A stretch of DNA of 64,000 nt from Nitrospira sp. GTDB lineage: Bacteria > Nitrospirota > Nitrospiria > Nitrospirales > UBA8639. The notes beneath the pieces were generated by a model. That model was not told the DNA's origin. It was given only the letters and a program-made list of their open reading frames with translations, and did not search any database. The position numbers and the translations under genes are program-made. The stretch's first letter is position 1. The number at the start of each line of letters is the position of its first letter. This document shows positions 40,572-49,807 of this stretch, piece after piece. The stretch lies in the NCBI GenBank assembly GCA_011523385.1, contig WTGX01000006.1:4121-68120 (forward strand). The letters are read 5' to 3'.

Positions 40572-40663
40572 GATGTGGAATGGCTCGGATCATTCGAGAC
40601 GGTTCAGGGCCGTTCCCCGGGGGTGAGCGGCGCCCCACCCCGCGATTGGTTTGCGGATGGGGG

Positions 40664-41200
40664 TTACGGGAGCGTGAATTCGACGTTGATGTCCCGCCCC
40701 AGGTAGTTCACGAGAAAGCCCTGATTCTGGTAGTTCAACATGGCCCCCATGACGTTTTCGTCCCCGAAGTCTTCGGGGCCCAGCAGTTCCCGGATTTCTT
40801 TCGCGCTCTGGGCCGTGAGCACGCGCCGGAAAATGCCCCGCGTCTTATGCACGAAGCGGTTGTTGATGAAGATCAGCGTGACGCGGCCGTCCATGATCTG
40901 CACGCCGGCCATGGCGCCGGTGGGGTTGGATTGATCCCACAGCAGCACGAAGACGCCTTCCTGTTCGGCGCGGACCCCGGAAATTTTTTCGTTGATCAGC
41001 ATTTCCACGGCGTCGATTTCCGAGTCCCCCAGGCGGACGCCGTACAGGGACACCAGGGTGCTGTCGACATTCTCGGGTTTCTGCACGTTGTTTCTCGTGA
41101 GTTCGTATTTCCTGGCCTTGGCCACGGCGTCGGTGGTGACGGTCATGGTCCCCCCGATGCCCACCAACAGGGCCAATGCGATCATTGACAGTATGCGCAT
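40664..41200 (-). CDS. hypothetical secreted protein
   Basis: The 178-aa ORF has an N-terminal signal or anchor sequence (MRILSMIALALLVGIGG). I recognise no family. Confidence 0.55.
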   Translation of the reverse strand: MRILSMIALALLVGIGGTMTVTTDAVAKARKYELTRNNVQKPENVDSTLVSLYGVRLGDSEIDAVEMLINEKISGVRAEQEGVFVLLWDQSNPTGAMAGVQIMDGRVTLIFINNRFVHKTRGIFRRVLTAQSAKEIRELLGPEDFGDENVMGAMLNYQNQGFLVNYLGRDINVEFTLP

Positions 41201-41501
41201 GGAATTCTCCTCCCCCAGTCTGGTAAAAGACGCTCTCTCATCCGATTCACGGGAATATGGATCATGAATGCCGAATTCTTTGGTGTTGACATGCCGAAGC
41301 TTGCCCTGAACGAAGTGAAGGGCCTAGCGAGGAATCCCTCGCTCAACAACCGTGCGCGTCAACTACGAGATCCTTCACTTCGTTCAGGATGACAACGCGG
41401 AACTTGCTCGCATTTGTAGCCGCCGCCACATTACTCTGATTGTAACGAACGGCCTGCGCATAAGCAAATGGTCCTGTGTATGTTCCGTGCCGTTTCATTC
41501 T

Positions 41502-41679
41502 GCCATTCCTGATCCTCGATCGAGTCAAGGACAGGCGCTGATCGGGGATCCAGAGTCTTTACCCTCATGAATGAAAAAGCAACAACTCTGGATCCTCGCG
41601 TACGCAAGGATGACGAAAACAGACAACGGCAAAAAGCAGAGGAAAAACGATACTGGATTCCTGCTTTCGCAGGAATGAC
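41502..41679. repeat. cluster of about 29-nt palindromic elements upstream of uvrA
   Basis: Contains CTGGATCCTCGCGTACGCAAGGATGAC (41588..41614), CTGGATTCCTGCTTTCGCAGGAATGAC (41653..41679) and a compound copy at 41502..41553. Confidence 0.7.
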
Positions 41680-41693
41680 GGCAGGGGGCAGGC

Positions 41694-41721
41694 ATGACAG
41701 AATAGCGCACTGTGGTATATT
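41694..41721 (+). promoter_or_regulatory. candidate uvrA promoter
   Basis: ATGACA (41694..41699), a 16-nt spacer, then a TG-extended TATATT (41716..41721). It lies about 70 nt upstream of the ATG at 41789. Confidence 0.3.
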
Positions 41722-41788
41722 CTATGTGTTTTAACGGGCCTCTGTGCCCATGTTTCTCAGCCGATATGCGCAAGCCACTGCCGGACCC

Positions 41789-44407
41789 ATGAGCCAGACG
41801 ATTCATATTAAGGGGGCGCGCGAGCATAACCTGAAGAACCTCGACGTGGTGCTGCCGCGCGACCGCCTGGTGGTGGTCACGGGGTTGAGCGGCTCCGGCA
41901 AGTCGTCGTTGAGTTTCGACACGATTTATGCCGAAGGGCAGCGGCGGTACGTGGAGTCGTTGTCGGCCTACGCGCGCCAGTTCCTCGAACAGATGGGCAA
42001 GCCCGACGTGGATTCCATCGAGGGCCTGTCGCCCGCCATCTCCATCGAGCAGAAGAGTACCAGTCACAATCCCCGGTCCACGGTGGGCACGGTGACGGAG
42101 ATTTATGATTACCTGCGCCTGCTGTTCGCGCGGGTGGGCCGGCCGTTTTGCGTGAACTGCGGGCAGCCGATCACGGCGCAGACCGTGCAGCAGATGGTGG
42201 ATGCCATCGGCGCGTTGCCGGTGGGGTCTCGGTTTCAGATCCTGGCGCCCATCGTGCGCGGCCGCAAGGGCGAGTATCGCAGGGAGTTGGCCGACGCCCG
42301 GCGCGCGGGCTACGTGCGGGCCCGCATCGACGGCGCGATCGTCGGGCTGGACGAGGCGATTTCGCTGGATAAGCAGCGGAAGCATACGATCGAGATTGTC
42401 GTGGACCGGCTGGTGATGAAGGACGAGGAGTCGTTGCTGCGGCGGCTGGCGGATTCGGTGGAGACGGCCCTGAAGTTGACCCAGGGCCTGGTGGGAGTGC
42501 TGGGAGAGACGGACGAGGTCACGCTGTACAGCGAGCAGTTGGCGTGTATCACGTGCGGGGTGAGTTACCCGGAACTGGCGCCGCGGGTGTTTTCGTTCAA
42601 CAGCCCGCACGGCGCGTGTCCCGCGTGCGACGGGATCGGCTACGAGGTGTCCGCGTGCCCGGAGGGACAGGAGTATTCCGAGAGCTACCACTGCCCGGTG
42701 TGCCGGGGGACGCGGCTGAAGGCGGAGAGCCTGGCCGTGAAGGTGGGCGATAAATCCATTGCCGAGGTCACGCAGTTGTCGATCCGCGAGGCCGTGCCGT
42801 TTTTCGCGGACCTGGACTTGAACGAGCGGGAGCGCATGATCGGCCGGCGGATCCTGAAGGAGATCCGGGAACGGCTGGAGTTTCTCTTGAACGTGGGGTT
42901 GGATTACCTGACGCTGGACCGGGCGGCCGCGACCCTGTCGGGCGGCGAGGGGCAGCGCATCCGGCTGGCGACCCAGATCGGGTCCGGGCTGGTGGGGGTC
43001 TTGTATATCCTGGATGAGCCGAGTATCGGCCTGCACCAACGCGACAATCACCGCCTGCTGCAAACCTTGCTGCGGTTGCGCGACCTGGGCAACACCGTGC
43101 TGGTGGTGGAGCATGACGCCGCGACCATGCGCGTGGCGGATCATATCGTGGACATGGGACCCGGCGCCGGCGTGTACGGCGGGTCGATCGTGGCGCAGGG
43201 CTCGCCCGCGGAGGTGATGCGGCATCCCGATTCGCTCACCGGGCAGTACCTGCGCGGGGAGAAACGGGTGGCGTTGCCCGCGCGCACCCGCCGGGCCAAA
43301 AAATTTCTCACCGTGGTCGGGGCCGACAAGCATAACCTGCAATCGGTGACCGCGAAGTTCCCGCTGGGGCTGTTGACGTGCGTCACCGGCGTGTCCGGGT
43401 CCGGCAAGAGTACCCTGATGTTGGAGGTCCTGTTCCCGTCGCTGTCGTCGCGGCTGTCTCACAAGCCTGCCCTGCCTGTCCTGAGCGAAGTCGAAGGAAG
43501 CGGAGCGCGGCGGCGCAAAGCCGAAGGGCCTGTCCTGAGCGAAGCCGAAGGGCCTGCCCTGAGCGAAGCCGAAGGGAAACCCCGGATGGAAGGCTGCCGG
43601 GCGCTGAACGGGGCCGACGCCCTGGACAAGGTGATCGATATCGATCAGTCGCCGATCGGCCGCACGCCGCGCTCCAATCCCGCCACCTACACGGGCGTGT
43701 TCACGTTCATCCGCGACTTGTTCGCCGGGCTGCCCGAGTCGCGCGTGCGCGGGTACCGGCCCGGGCGCTACAGTTTCAACGTGAAGGGCGGCCGGTGCGA
43801 GGCGTGCCAGGGCGGCGGGTTGCTGAAAATCGAAATGCATTTTTTGCCGGACGTGTACGTGACCTGCGAGGCCTGCAAGGGGCGGCGGTATAACCGCGAA
43901 ACGCTGGACGTGCGGCACAAGGGCAAGAGTATTGCGGACGTGTTGGACATGACCGTGGCGGAGGCCCAGGATTTTTTCGCGCACATCCCGGCGATCGCCA
44001 GGAAATTGCAGACGCTCGCGGACGTGGGCTTGCACTACGTCAAGCTGGGGCAGTCCGCCACCACGTTGTCCGGGGGCGAGGCGCAACGCGTGAAATTGAG
44101 CCGGGAGCTGTCCAAGCGGCCCACGGGCCGGACCCTGTACCTGCTGGATGAGCCGACGACCGGATTGCATTTTGCTGACGTGCAACGCCTGCTCGACGTG
44201 TTGAACCGGTTGGTGGAACACGGGAACACCGTGCTCGTGATCGAACACAACCTGGACGTGATCCGCAATGCGGACTGGATTCTGGACCTGGGGCCGGACG
44301 GCGGGAACGCCGGCGGCCGGATCGTGGAGGAAGGCCCGCCTGCCGAACTGATCAAATCCGGCACCTCCTGGACCGCGCAAGTGCTCCGCGACGACCAGGG
44401 CGCGTGA
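41789..44407 (+). CDS. uvrA: excinuclease ABC subunit A
   Basis: Starts [17 protein letters not shown]. It has two ABC ATPase modules and zinc modules (CPVCRG.., C.AC.G..), with full-length UvrA similarity apart from a repeat-derived insert at 43465..43576. Confidence 0.97.
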   Translation: MSQTIHIKGAREHNLKNLDVVLPRDRLVVVTGLSGSGKSSLSFDTIYAEGQRRYVESLSAYARQFLEQMGKPDVDSIEGLSPAISIEQKSTSHNPRSTVGTVTEIYDYLRLLFARVGRPFCVNCGQPITAQTVQQMVDAIGALPVGSRFQILAPIVRGRKGEYRRELADARRAGYVRARIDGAIVGLDEAISLDKQRKHTIEIVVDRLVMKDEESLLRRLADSVETALKLTQGLVGVLGETDEVTLYSEQLACITCGVSYPELAPRVFSFNSPHGACPACDGIGYEVSACPEGQEYSESYHCPVCRGTRLKAESLAVKVGDKSIAEVTQLSIREAVPFFADLDLNERERMIGRRILKEIRERLEFLLNVGLDYLTLDRAAATLSGGEGQRIRLATQIGSGLVGVLYILDEPSIGLHQRDNHRLLQTLLRLRDLGNTVLVVEHDAATMRVADHIVDMGPGAGVYGGSIVAQGSPAEVMRHPDSLTGQYLRGEKRVALPARTRRAKKFLTVVGADKHNLQSVTAKFPLGLLTCVTGVSGSGKSTLMLEVLFPSLSSRLSHKPALPVLSEVEGSGARRRKAEGPVLSEAEGPALSEAEGKPRMEGCRALNGADALDKVIDIDQSPIGRTPRSNPATYTGVFTFIRDLFAGLPESRVRGYRPGRYSFNVKGGRCEACQGGGLLKIEMHFLPDVYVTCEACKGRRYNRETLDVRHKGKSIADVLDMTVAEAQDFFAHIPAIARKLQTLADVGLHYVKLGQSATTLSGGEAQRVKLSRELSKRPTGRTLYLLDEPTTGLHFADVQRLLDVLNRLVEHGNTVLVIEHNLDVIRNADWILDLGPDGGNAGGRIVEEGPPAELIKSGTSWTAQVLRDDQGA
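43465..43576. repeat. three to four tandem REP-like units embedded in-frame in uvrA
   Basis: CCTGTCCTGAGCGAAGTCGAAGG-type units encode ..[38 protein letters not shown]... The same family occurs at 29150.., 30810.., 31175.., 40466.. and 56009... Confidence 0.75.
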
Positions 44408-44464
44408 CGCTTCCTCCCTCTCTTTCTATTGTATTCGTAGCCGCGCCATCTCATGGCGCTTGTC

Positions 44465-44800
44465 TCAGACGAGACTGATGAGGGCCAGCAGGGCCAGCGT
44501 GCCCAGCGCGTATGGAATCATGCACGCATACACGACCATTCGTAGCGGAGCGATGCCCGTGACGGCCGCGTGGCGGGTTCGATGCTCTTTGTAGATGAAT
44601 TCATAAACCAGGATGATGACCGCGCAGGTGAGCGTCACGACGCGACTCGACCGGGGCCACGTATAGATTCCGCTGAGCAGGAAGTCCATCGTGAAGAACC
44701 CGCTCCAAACCGACAGGAGCACGGCCAGCACGAGGCTGACGATCGCCGATAGAGGCAGTTTCCCGAATCCTGTGGCTCGTGCGTCCGGAATGGGGTTCAC
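44465..44800 (-). CDS. small integral membrane protein
   Basis: The 111-aa ORF has about 3 hydrophobic segments. It lies 18 nt downstream of the zinc-finger gene on the same strand. Confidence 0.55.
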   Translation of the reverse strand: MNPIPDARATGFGKLPLSAIVSLVLAVLLSVWSGFFTMDFLLSGIYTWPRSSRVVTLTCAVIILVYEFIYKEHRTRHAAVTGIAPLRMVVYACMIPYALGTLALLALISLV

Positions 44801-44818
44801 CGGTGTGGAGGTCTATGT

Positions 44819-45142
44819 TTATTGTGCGGATTTTGCGAGCGTGTGCTCGCAGTTGAGACACACGCGGGGCCGCCTTTTGAGGAATTGCACCTTGCCGCTG
44901 ACGAGGCAGGCATAGTGGACGAACCTGTGGCACACGGAACAGCGTTCCCAGCCTCCCTTGAGCATGGTGGTGTTACGATACAGGACTTGATTGCACACCC
45001 CGCAGTATTCAGGCTCGATGCCCAGGAGCAGGGGTTCCCATTCGCCCGCGCGATTCCGGATACTCATGGCCGCGAAGTATAGCCGCAGGATCGAGGGAAT
45101 TACAAATGCCTCTGCTTCTTGCCGTTCTTGTTTGACACTCAT
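44819..45142 (-). CDS. small protein with a C4HC3 (PHD-like) zinc-finger pattern
   Basis: The pattern C47-x2-C50-x17-C68-x2-C71-x4-H76-x2-C79-x15-C95-x2-C98 can be read directly from the 107-aa ORF. Confidence 0.6.
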   Translation of the reverse strand: MSVKQERQEAEAFVIPSILRLYFAAMSIRNRAGEWEPLLLGIEPEYCGVCNQVLYRNTTMLKGGWERCSVCHRFVHYACLVSGKVQFLKRRPRVCLNCEHTLAKSAQ

Positions 45143-45184
45143 GGGGGCCTTTGTTAGGTTCTAAGTCGGGCCGCGCTCGCGAAA

Positions 45185-46096
45185 ATGACTTCTTCTATCA
45201 TCCCCGTGGATATCAAATCCTATCTCGAAGAGAAGCGAAACGTCGTCGACCGGTATCTGGAGGCCCATCTGCCTGATCCGCAGACGCCGCCGGCGATTCT
45301 GCACGAGGCGATCCGGTACAGCCTGTTGGCCGGGGGCAAACGCATCCGGCCCATCCTGACGATGGCCACGGCTGAGGCGATCGGGCCATGCCCGGCCTCG
45401 CTGTTGCCCGTGGCCTGCGCATTCGAGTTCATCCATACGTATTCGCTGATCCACGACGATCTGCCGTCGATGGACAACGATGATTTTCGTCGCGGGCGGC
45501 CCACGAACCATAAGGTCTATGGGGACGCCATTGCGATTCTGGCGGGCGACGGGTTGCACGCCATGGCGTTTGAATGGTGCAGCCGGGCCGATCTCGTGAC
45601 GGACCTGGACCCGCAGTGTCAGGTCCAGATCATCGCGGAACTGGCGCTGGGGGCCGGGCATGGGGGCATGGTGGGCGGCCAGGTGCTGGATATTCAGGCC
45701 GAGAACCGGCAGGTGGATCTGGCGGAATTGCAACAGATTCACGTGCATAAGACCGGCAAGTTGATTCGCGCCGCAGTGCGGGTCGGGGCGCTCCTTTCCG
45801 GCGCCGGGATGACGCAGTTCGAGCACCTGACCGGGTATGCCGAGGACATCGGGCTGGCGTTTCAGATTGCGGATGACGTGTTGAACGTGACAGGGACCCG
45901 CGAAGAGTTGGGGAAAGACGCCGGCACGGATGATGAACGGGGCAAGCAGACCTATCCCGCGATTTACGGGCTCGAGGGCGCGCAGCAACTCGCGCAGGAC
46001 TGCGCCGCCCGGGCCATCGGCCGGCTCGACGGGTTTGACGAAAAGGCGGACCCGTTGCGGGGCATTGCCAGGTATATCGTGGACCGCAAGAATTGA
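45185..46096 (+). CDS. ispA: polyprenyl (farnesyl/geranylgeranyl) diphosphate synthase
   Basis: Contains the first DDxxD (LIHDDLPSMDNDDFRRG) and the second DDxxD (FQIADDVLN). Confidence 0.9.
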   Translation: MTSSIIPVDIKSYLEEKRNVVDRYLEAHLPDPQTPPAILHEAIRYSLLAGGKRIRPILTMATAEAIGPCPASLLPVACAFEFIHTYSLIHDDLPSMDNDDFRRGRPTNHKVYGDAIAILAGDGLHAMAFEWCSRADLVTDLDPQCQVQIIAELALGAGHGGMVGGQVLDIQAENRQVDLAELQQIHVHKTGKLIRAAVRVGALLSGAGMTQFEHLTGYAEDIGLAFQIADDVLNVTGTREELGKDAGTDDERGKQTYPAIYGLEGAQQLAQDCAARAIGRLDGFDEKADPLRGIARYIVDRKN

Positions 46097-46342
46097 CTAT
46101 CCATATGCGCAAATTAGCGCATAATTAAACCTAAAAAGCATAGAAATAGCGCATAAATAGACCGTAAATTGAACGAAATAGTATCACATTTGCACATTTA
46201 TGGTTTCATATCGCAGGCCGTGACGCCCGAATCAGCTCCATGTGTAGTCACTCCTTGACGAAGTATAGGCTGACCACACCAGAATTGTCATTCTGAACGA
46301 AGTGAAGAATCTCTCCTCCTCCGTCCCGTTTCCTTTTGCATC

Positions 46343-47329
46343 ATGAAAGCCTTGGTCACAGGAGTCACGGGGTTTGTCGGGTCCGCTGTGGCGCGGGCCG
46401 TGGTGCAGGCCGGCACGGAGGTCAGGGGGTTGGTCCGGCCCGGCGCAGACCGGCGTGCCCTGGACGGGCTGGCGATTGAAACCGTGCCCGGCGATTTGAC
46501 CGACGCGGCGTCGCTCCGTACGGCGCTGCACGGCTGCCGGCAGGTGTACCACGTGGCGGCGCATTACGCCCTGTGGGCGCGTGATCCTTCGGTGTTCTAC
46601 GAGGCTAACGTCGACGGCACCAAAGCGTTGCTGGCCGCGGCGCGCGAGTCGGGCGTGGACCGTATCGTGTACACGAGCACGATCGGCGCGATCGGGTTGC
46701 CCGACGGCGGGGGGCCTGGTACGGAAGAGACCCCGGTGTCCCCGGCGCAGATGACCGGGCATTACAAACGCTCCAAGTATCTGGCCGAGCAGGAAGTCCT
46801 GAAAGCGGCGGACGCGGGGTTGCCCGTGGTGATCGTGAACCCCTCGGCGCCGGTGGGGGTGCGTGACGTGAAGCCGACGCCCACCGGGCAGATCGTCGTC
46901 GATTTCATGAAGGGGCGCATGGTGGCGTACGTGGAAACCGGCATGAACCTGATCGACGTGGATGACGTGGCCATGGGCCACGTGCGCGCCATGGAGCGCG
47001 GCCGCACGGGCGAGCGATACATCCTGGGGTGCCGCAACCTGACGCTGAAAGAGGTGTTCGAGATCCTCGGCGGGTTGACGGGCGTTAAAGCGCCGAAGGT
47101 GAAGTTGCCCCGGGGGTTGATCCTGCCCCTGGCCCACGTCGACAAGTGGCTGGCCGACTACGTGACGCATCGTCCCCCGCGCATTCCGCTCGACGGCGTC
47201 CGCATGGCCAAATACGTGATGCACTATGATTGCTCCAAGGCTATCCGCGAGTTGGCGTTGCCCCAGACACCGCCGGAAGTGGCCCTGGAAAAGGCCGTGC
47301 GCTGGTTCCGGGATCATGGGTACGCGTAA
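46343..47329 (+). CDS. NAD-dependent epimerase/dehydratase (hopanoid-associated HpnA-like)
   Basis: Contains the Rossmann motif VTGVTGFVGSAV and YKRSK (YxxxK). The HpnA-like call comes from overall resemblance only. Confidence 0.75.
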   Translation: MKALVTGVTGFVGSAVARAVVQAGTEVRGLVRPGADRRALDGLAIETVPGDLTDAASLRTALHGCRQVYHVAAHYALWARDPSVFYEANVDGTKALLAAARESGVDRIVYTSTIGAIGLPDGGGPGTEETPVSPAQMTGHYKRSKYLAEQEVLKAADAGLPVVIVNPSAPVGVRDVKPTPTGQIVVDFMKGRMVAYVETGMNLIDVDDVAMGHVRAMERGRTGERYILGCRNLTLKEVFEILGGLTGVKAPKVKLPRGLILPLAHVDKWLADYVTHRPPRIPLDGVRMAKYVMHYDCSKAIRELALPQTPPEVALEKAVRWFRDHGYA

Positions 47330-47333
47330 CTGA

Positions 47334-48128
47334 GTGACCCTGCCCATGGACGTTCCCCTGCTCCTGTGGAAGACCCTCCTGCTCCGGCCCTATGTCTTTT
47401 TCTTCCTGGCCGTGGCGCTGGTCGCCTCGTTCCGTTTGTTGGGCCGGACGCGCACCGGCGCGCTGTTCGGCATCACGTGGCTGACCGCGTTCCTCTGTGA
47501 AATATCCTCCACCCGCATCGGGTTCCCCTTCGGCGATTACTATTACACGGGTTCGAGCGTGGGCGAGGAATTGTATCTGTCCAACGTTCCGTTCATGGAT
47601 TCGTTGTCGTTCACGTTCCTGTTGTTTGCGAGTTATTGCCTGGCCCTCTGGTTGCTCCTGCCTGCCGAACCCGGGTCGCCGGACTCCGGCCGGGGCCGGC
47701 ATTTGCTGACGCGGAAGTCGCTTTCCTGGCCGGTGATCGGCCTGACCTGTGCGTTGTTCACGTTGATCGACGTGGTGATCGATCCGGTGGCGCTACGCGG
47801 AGATCGCTGGTTCTTGGGACAGATTTACGGGTATCCCGATCCCGGCGTGTATTTCGGCGTGCCCCTGGCCAACTTCGGCGGGTGGTTCGTCGTGGGGTTG
47901 ATTGCGATGACGGGCTACCGGGTGCTGGACCGGCGGTTCGGCATGCTGCCCGCGTTTCCCCACGCGGTCGCGGTCAAGGACGTTCTGCTCGGGTGCGGGT
48001 TGTATTACCTGGTTTTGGTGTTCAATCTGGCCATGACGTTCTGGATCGGCGAATGGTTGCTGGGGCTCGTGGGGTGTTTGCTCTATATGCCCGTGACCGC
48101 TCTGGTGGTTCTCAAACTGCGCCGTTAG
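47334..48128 (+). CDS. polytopic membrane protein (possibly DUF422/carotenoid-biosynthesis-like)
   Basis: The 264-aa ORF has multiple TM segments and lies immediately downstream of the epimerase. The family call is tentative. Confidence 0.55.
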   Translation: MTLPMDVPLLLWKTLLLRPYVFFFLAVALVASFRLLGRTRTGALFGITWLTAFLCEISSTRIGFPFGDYYYTGSSVGEELYLSNVPFMDSLSFTFLLFASYCLALWLLLPAEPGSPDSGRGRHLLTRKSLSWPVIGLTCALFTLIDVVIDPVALRGDRWFLGQIYGYPDPGVYFGVPLANFGGWFVVGLIAMTGYRVLDRRFGMLPAFPHAVAVKDVLLGCGLYYLVLVFNLAMTFWIGEWLLGLVGCLLYMPVTALVVLKLRR

Positions 48129-48277
48129 TTGTCCTCTCCTCCCCGTGAACCCAATCAAGGCTTGTATGAAACCGGAGGCACGGGTAAGATAAACGTAGAC
48201 GTCCTTTCACGATTCACCTATTCCCCTGAACGGTCCATGAAGCGCCCCTGTTCTCCTCCGTCCGAGATGAGTGCCCG

Positions 48278-49357
48278 ATGTCTGCCAGCGTGAAGAAAAT
48301 TGCAGTGGCCGTGGTGCTGGCGCTTGCGGCGTGGTTCGGGAGCGGCGCCCTGGGCTTTCCGCACGTGTTTCAGGCGATGTTTGTGGCGTACGTGGCCTTG
48401 GGTTTGGTCGTGTTTCTCCTGTTGGATGCTCCGCCGATGAAGAGGTTGTCGGGGTGGACGGCCGCGGCGGCCCTGGTGGGCTTCTATCTCGTGCTGTCCG
48501 CGATTTATATCGGGGGAGCGTCGTCGTGGCCCCAATATGATCCGGAGGTGGAAAAGGGGAAGATCGAAAAGATTCTCAAACGCAAACGGGCCATGGCCTT
48601 GGCCGAACAAAGTCAGGTGGATGCCTTACTCGAACAGGTCCGGGTGCTCCAGGATGATTCGCAAACGATGATGGCGCGACTGGGCCGGTACGCCCCGGCC
48701 GCCGCGGTGGCGGAGGCTCCGCCGGAGCAGGGTGCCCTCACGGTGGTGGAACGCGGGGCCGAGGTCTATGATTTGTACGAGTGTTATAACTGCCACAAGA
48801 TCGGGGGCAAGGGGAGCGTCAAGAAACGGGGGCCGGTCCTGGACAACATCGGCAGTTTTTTGACGGTCAACGATATCAAGCGAAAAATTTTCGACCCGAC
48901 GTACCTGTATGCGAAGGGGTTCGAGAAAGAGCACAAGAAAGGCCGGATGCCGGACAAATACAAGGATTTGATGACGGAGGAAGAGGTGACGACGCTCGCC
49001 ACGTATTTGTCCACGCTGAAGGACCCCACGGCTAAGACCCCGAAACCCGTGTTCGTGAAATCCAACGTGGAGCATGGGTTTACGGTTTTCGGGTACGTTC
49101 GGGACGCATCGGGCCGGGCGTTGCCCGGGACTGAGGTGCATGCCGTGCCCCAGAGCGGGCATGGGGCCTCCGGCAAGACCAACGAGGCCGGGTATTATGA
49201 AATATTCCTGCACATGCATAATGAAAACGCCGGCGCGACGGTCGAAGTCTCGGCTCAAGGCGTGAAGAAAACGTTTGTGGCCGACTATGATCCGAGTGAT
49301 ACAATAACCCGGCGGCAGCAGTCTCTGGATTTGACGGTGCCCGCGCCAAAAGGGTAA
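48278..49357 (+). CDS. membrane-anchored c-type cytochrome-domain protein
   Basis: It has N-terminal TM segments, a single CxxCH (CYNCHKIGGKG) and a C-terminal beta-rich domain resembling a carboxypeptidase-regulatory domain. Confidence 0.7.
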   Translation: MSASVKKIAVAVVLALAAWFGSGALGFPHVFQAMFVAYVALGLVVFLLLDAPPMKRLSGWTAAAALVGFYLVLSAIYIGGASSWPQYDPEVEKGKIEKILKRKRAMALAEQSQVDALLEQVRVLQDDSQTMMARLGRYAPAAAVAEAPPEQGALTVVERGAEVYDLYECYNCHKIGGKGSVKKRGPVLDNIGSFLTVNDIKRKIFDPTYLYAKGFEKEHKKGRMPDKYKDLMTEEEVTTLATYLSTLKDPTAKTPKPVFVKSNVEHGFTVFGYVRDASGRALPGTEVHAVPQSGHGASGKTNEAGYYEIFLHMHNENAGATVEVSAQGVKKTFVADYDPSDTITRRQQSLDLTVPAPKG

Positions 49358-49368
49358 GGCTAGGTCGC

Positions 49369-49770
49369 ATGAGAGGTTTTGTTCTTCGCTTTATCGTCAC
49401 GGGAATCGCGGTGCTTGTCGCTGCACAAATTATTCCTGGCGTGACCATCGATTCGTTCGCCGCGGGCGTGGTCGGCGTGCTGGTCCTGGCCATCCTGAAT
49501 GCCGTGGTCCGGCCGATCCTGTACGTGCTCTCGGCGCCCTTCATCGTGGTGACGCTCGGCTTGTTCATGATCGTGATCAATGCCTTATTGCTGCTGACGG
49601 TCTCTGCGCTGGTCCCGGGGTTTTACGTGGCGGGATTCTGGCCGGCGGTCGGCGGGGCCGTGTTGATCAGTCTCGTCAGCGTCGTCGCGAACATGGTGGT
49701 GGCCGATCGCGGCCACGTGCAGGTGGTCGTGTCTCCGTCCCGGTCACGAAAGATTCGGCATATCAATTGA
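49369..49770 (+). CDS. phage-holin-family 4 / DUF360-like membrane protein
   Basis: The 133-aa ORF reads MRGFVLRFIVTGIAVLVAAQIIPGV....NAVVRPILYVLSAPFIVVTLGLF, a typical pattern for this family. Confidence 0.7.
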   Translation: MRGFVLRFIVTGIAVLVAAQIIPGVTIDSFAAGVVGVLVLAILNAVVRPILYVLSAPFIVVTLGLFMIVINALLLLTVSALVPGFYVAGFWPAVGGAVLISLVSVVANMVVADRGHVQVVVSPSRSRKIRHIN

Positions 49771-49807
49771 ATGCGCCTCACCTTCCTTTCCTTCAACGGT
49801 TCTCACC

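Noticed and set aside
39259-40626. A 455-aa + ORF and a 297-aa alternative minus frame overlapping ruvB.
   Set aside because: RuvB on the minus strand is unambiguous. The other frames are low-complexity GC-rich shadows.
41708-41728. A LexA/SOS box overlapping the candidate uvrA promoter (CTGTGGTATATTCTAT).
   Set aside because: The right half is not ACAG, and I do not know a LexA consensus for this lineage that it matches.
41525-44380. A 951-aa ORF on the minus strand covering nearly all of uvrA.
   Set aside because: It is antisense to a full-length, clearly recognisable UvrA. Its composition is Arg/Pro/Gly/Ala-rich with no domain signature, which is typical of a stop-free antisense frame in GC-rich DNA.
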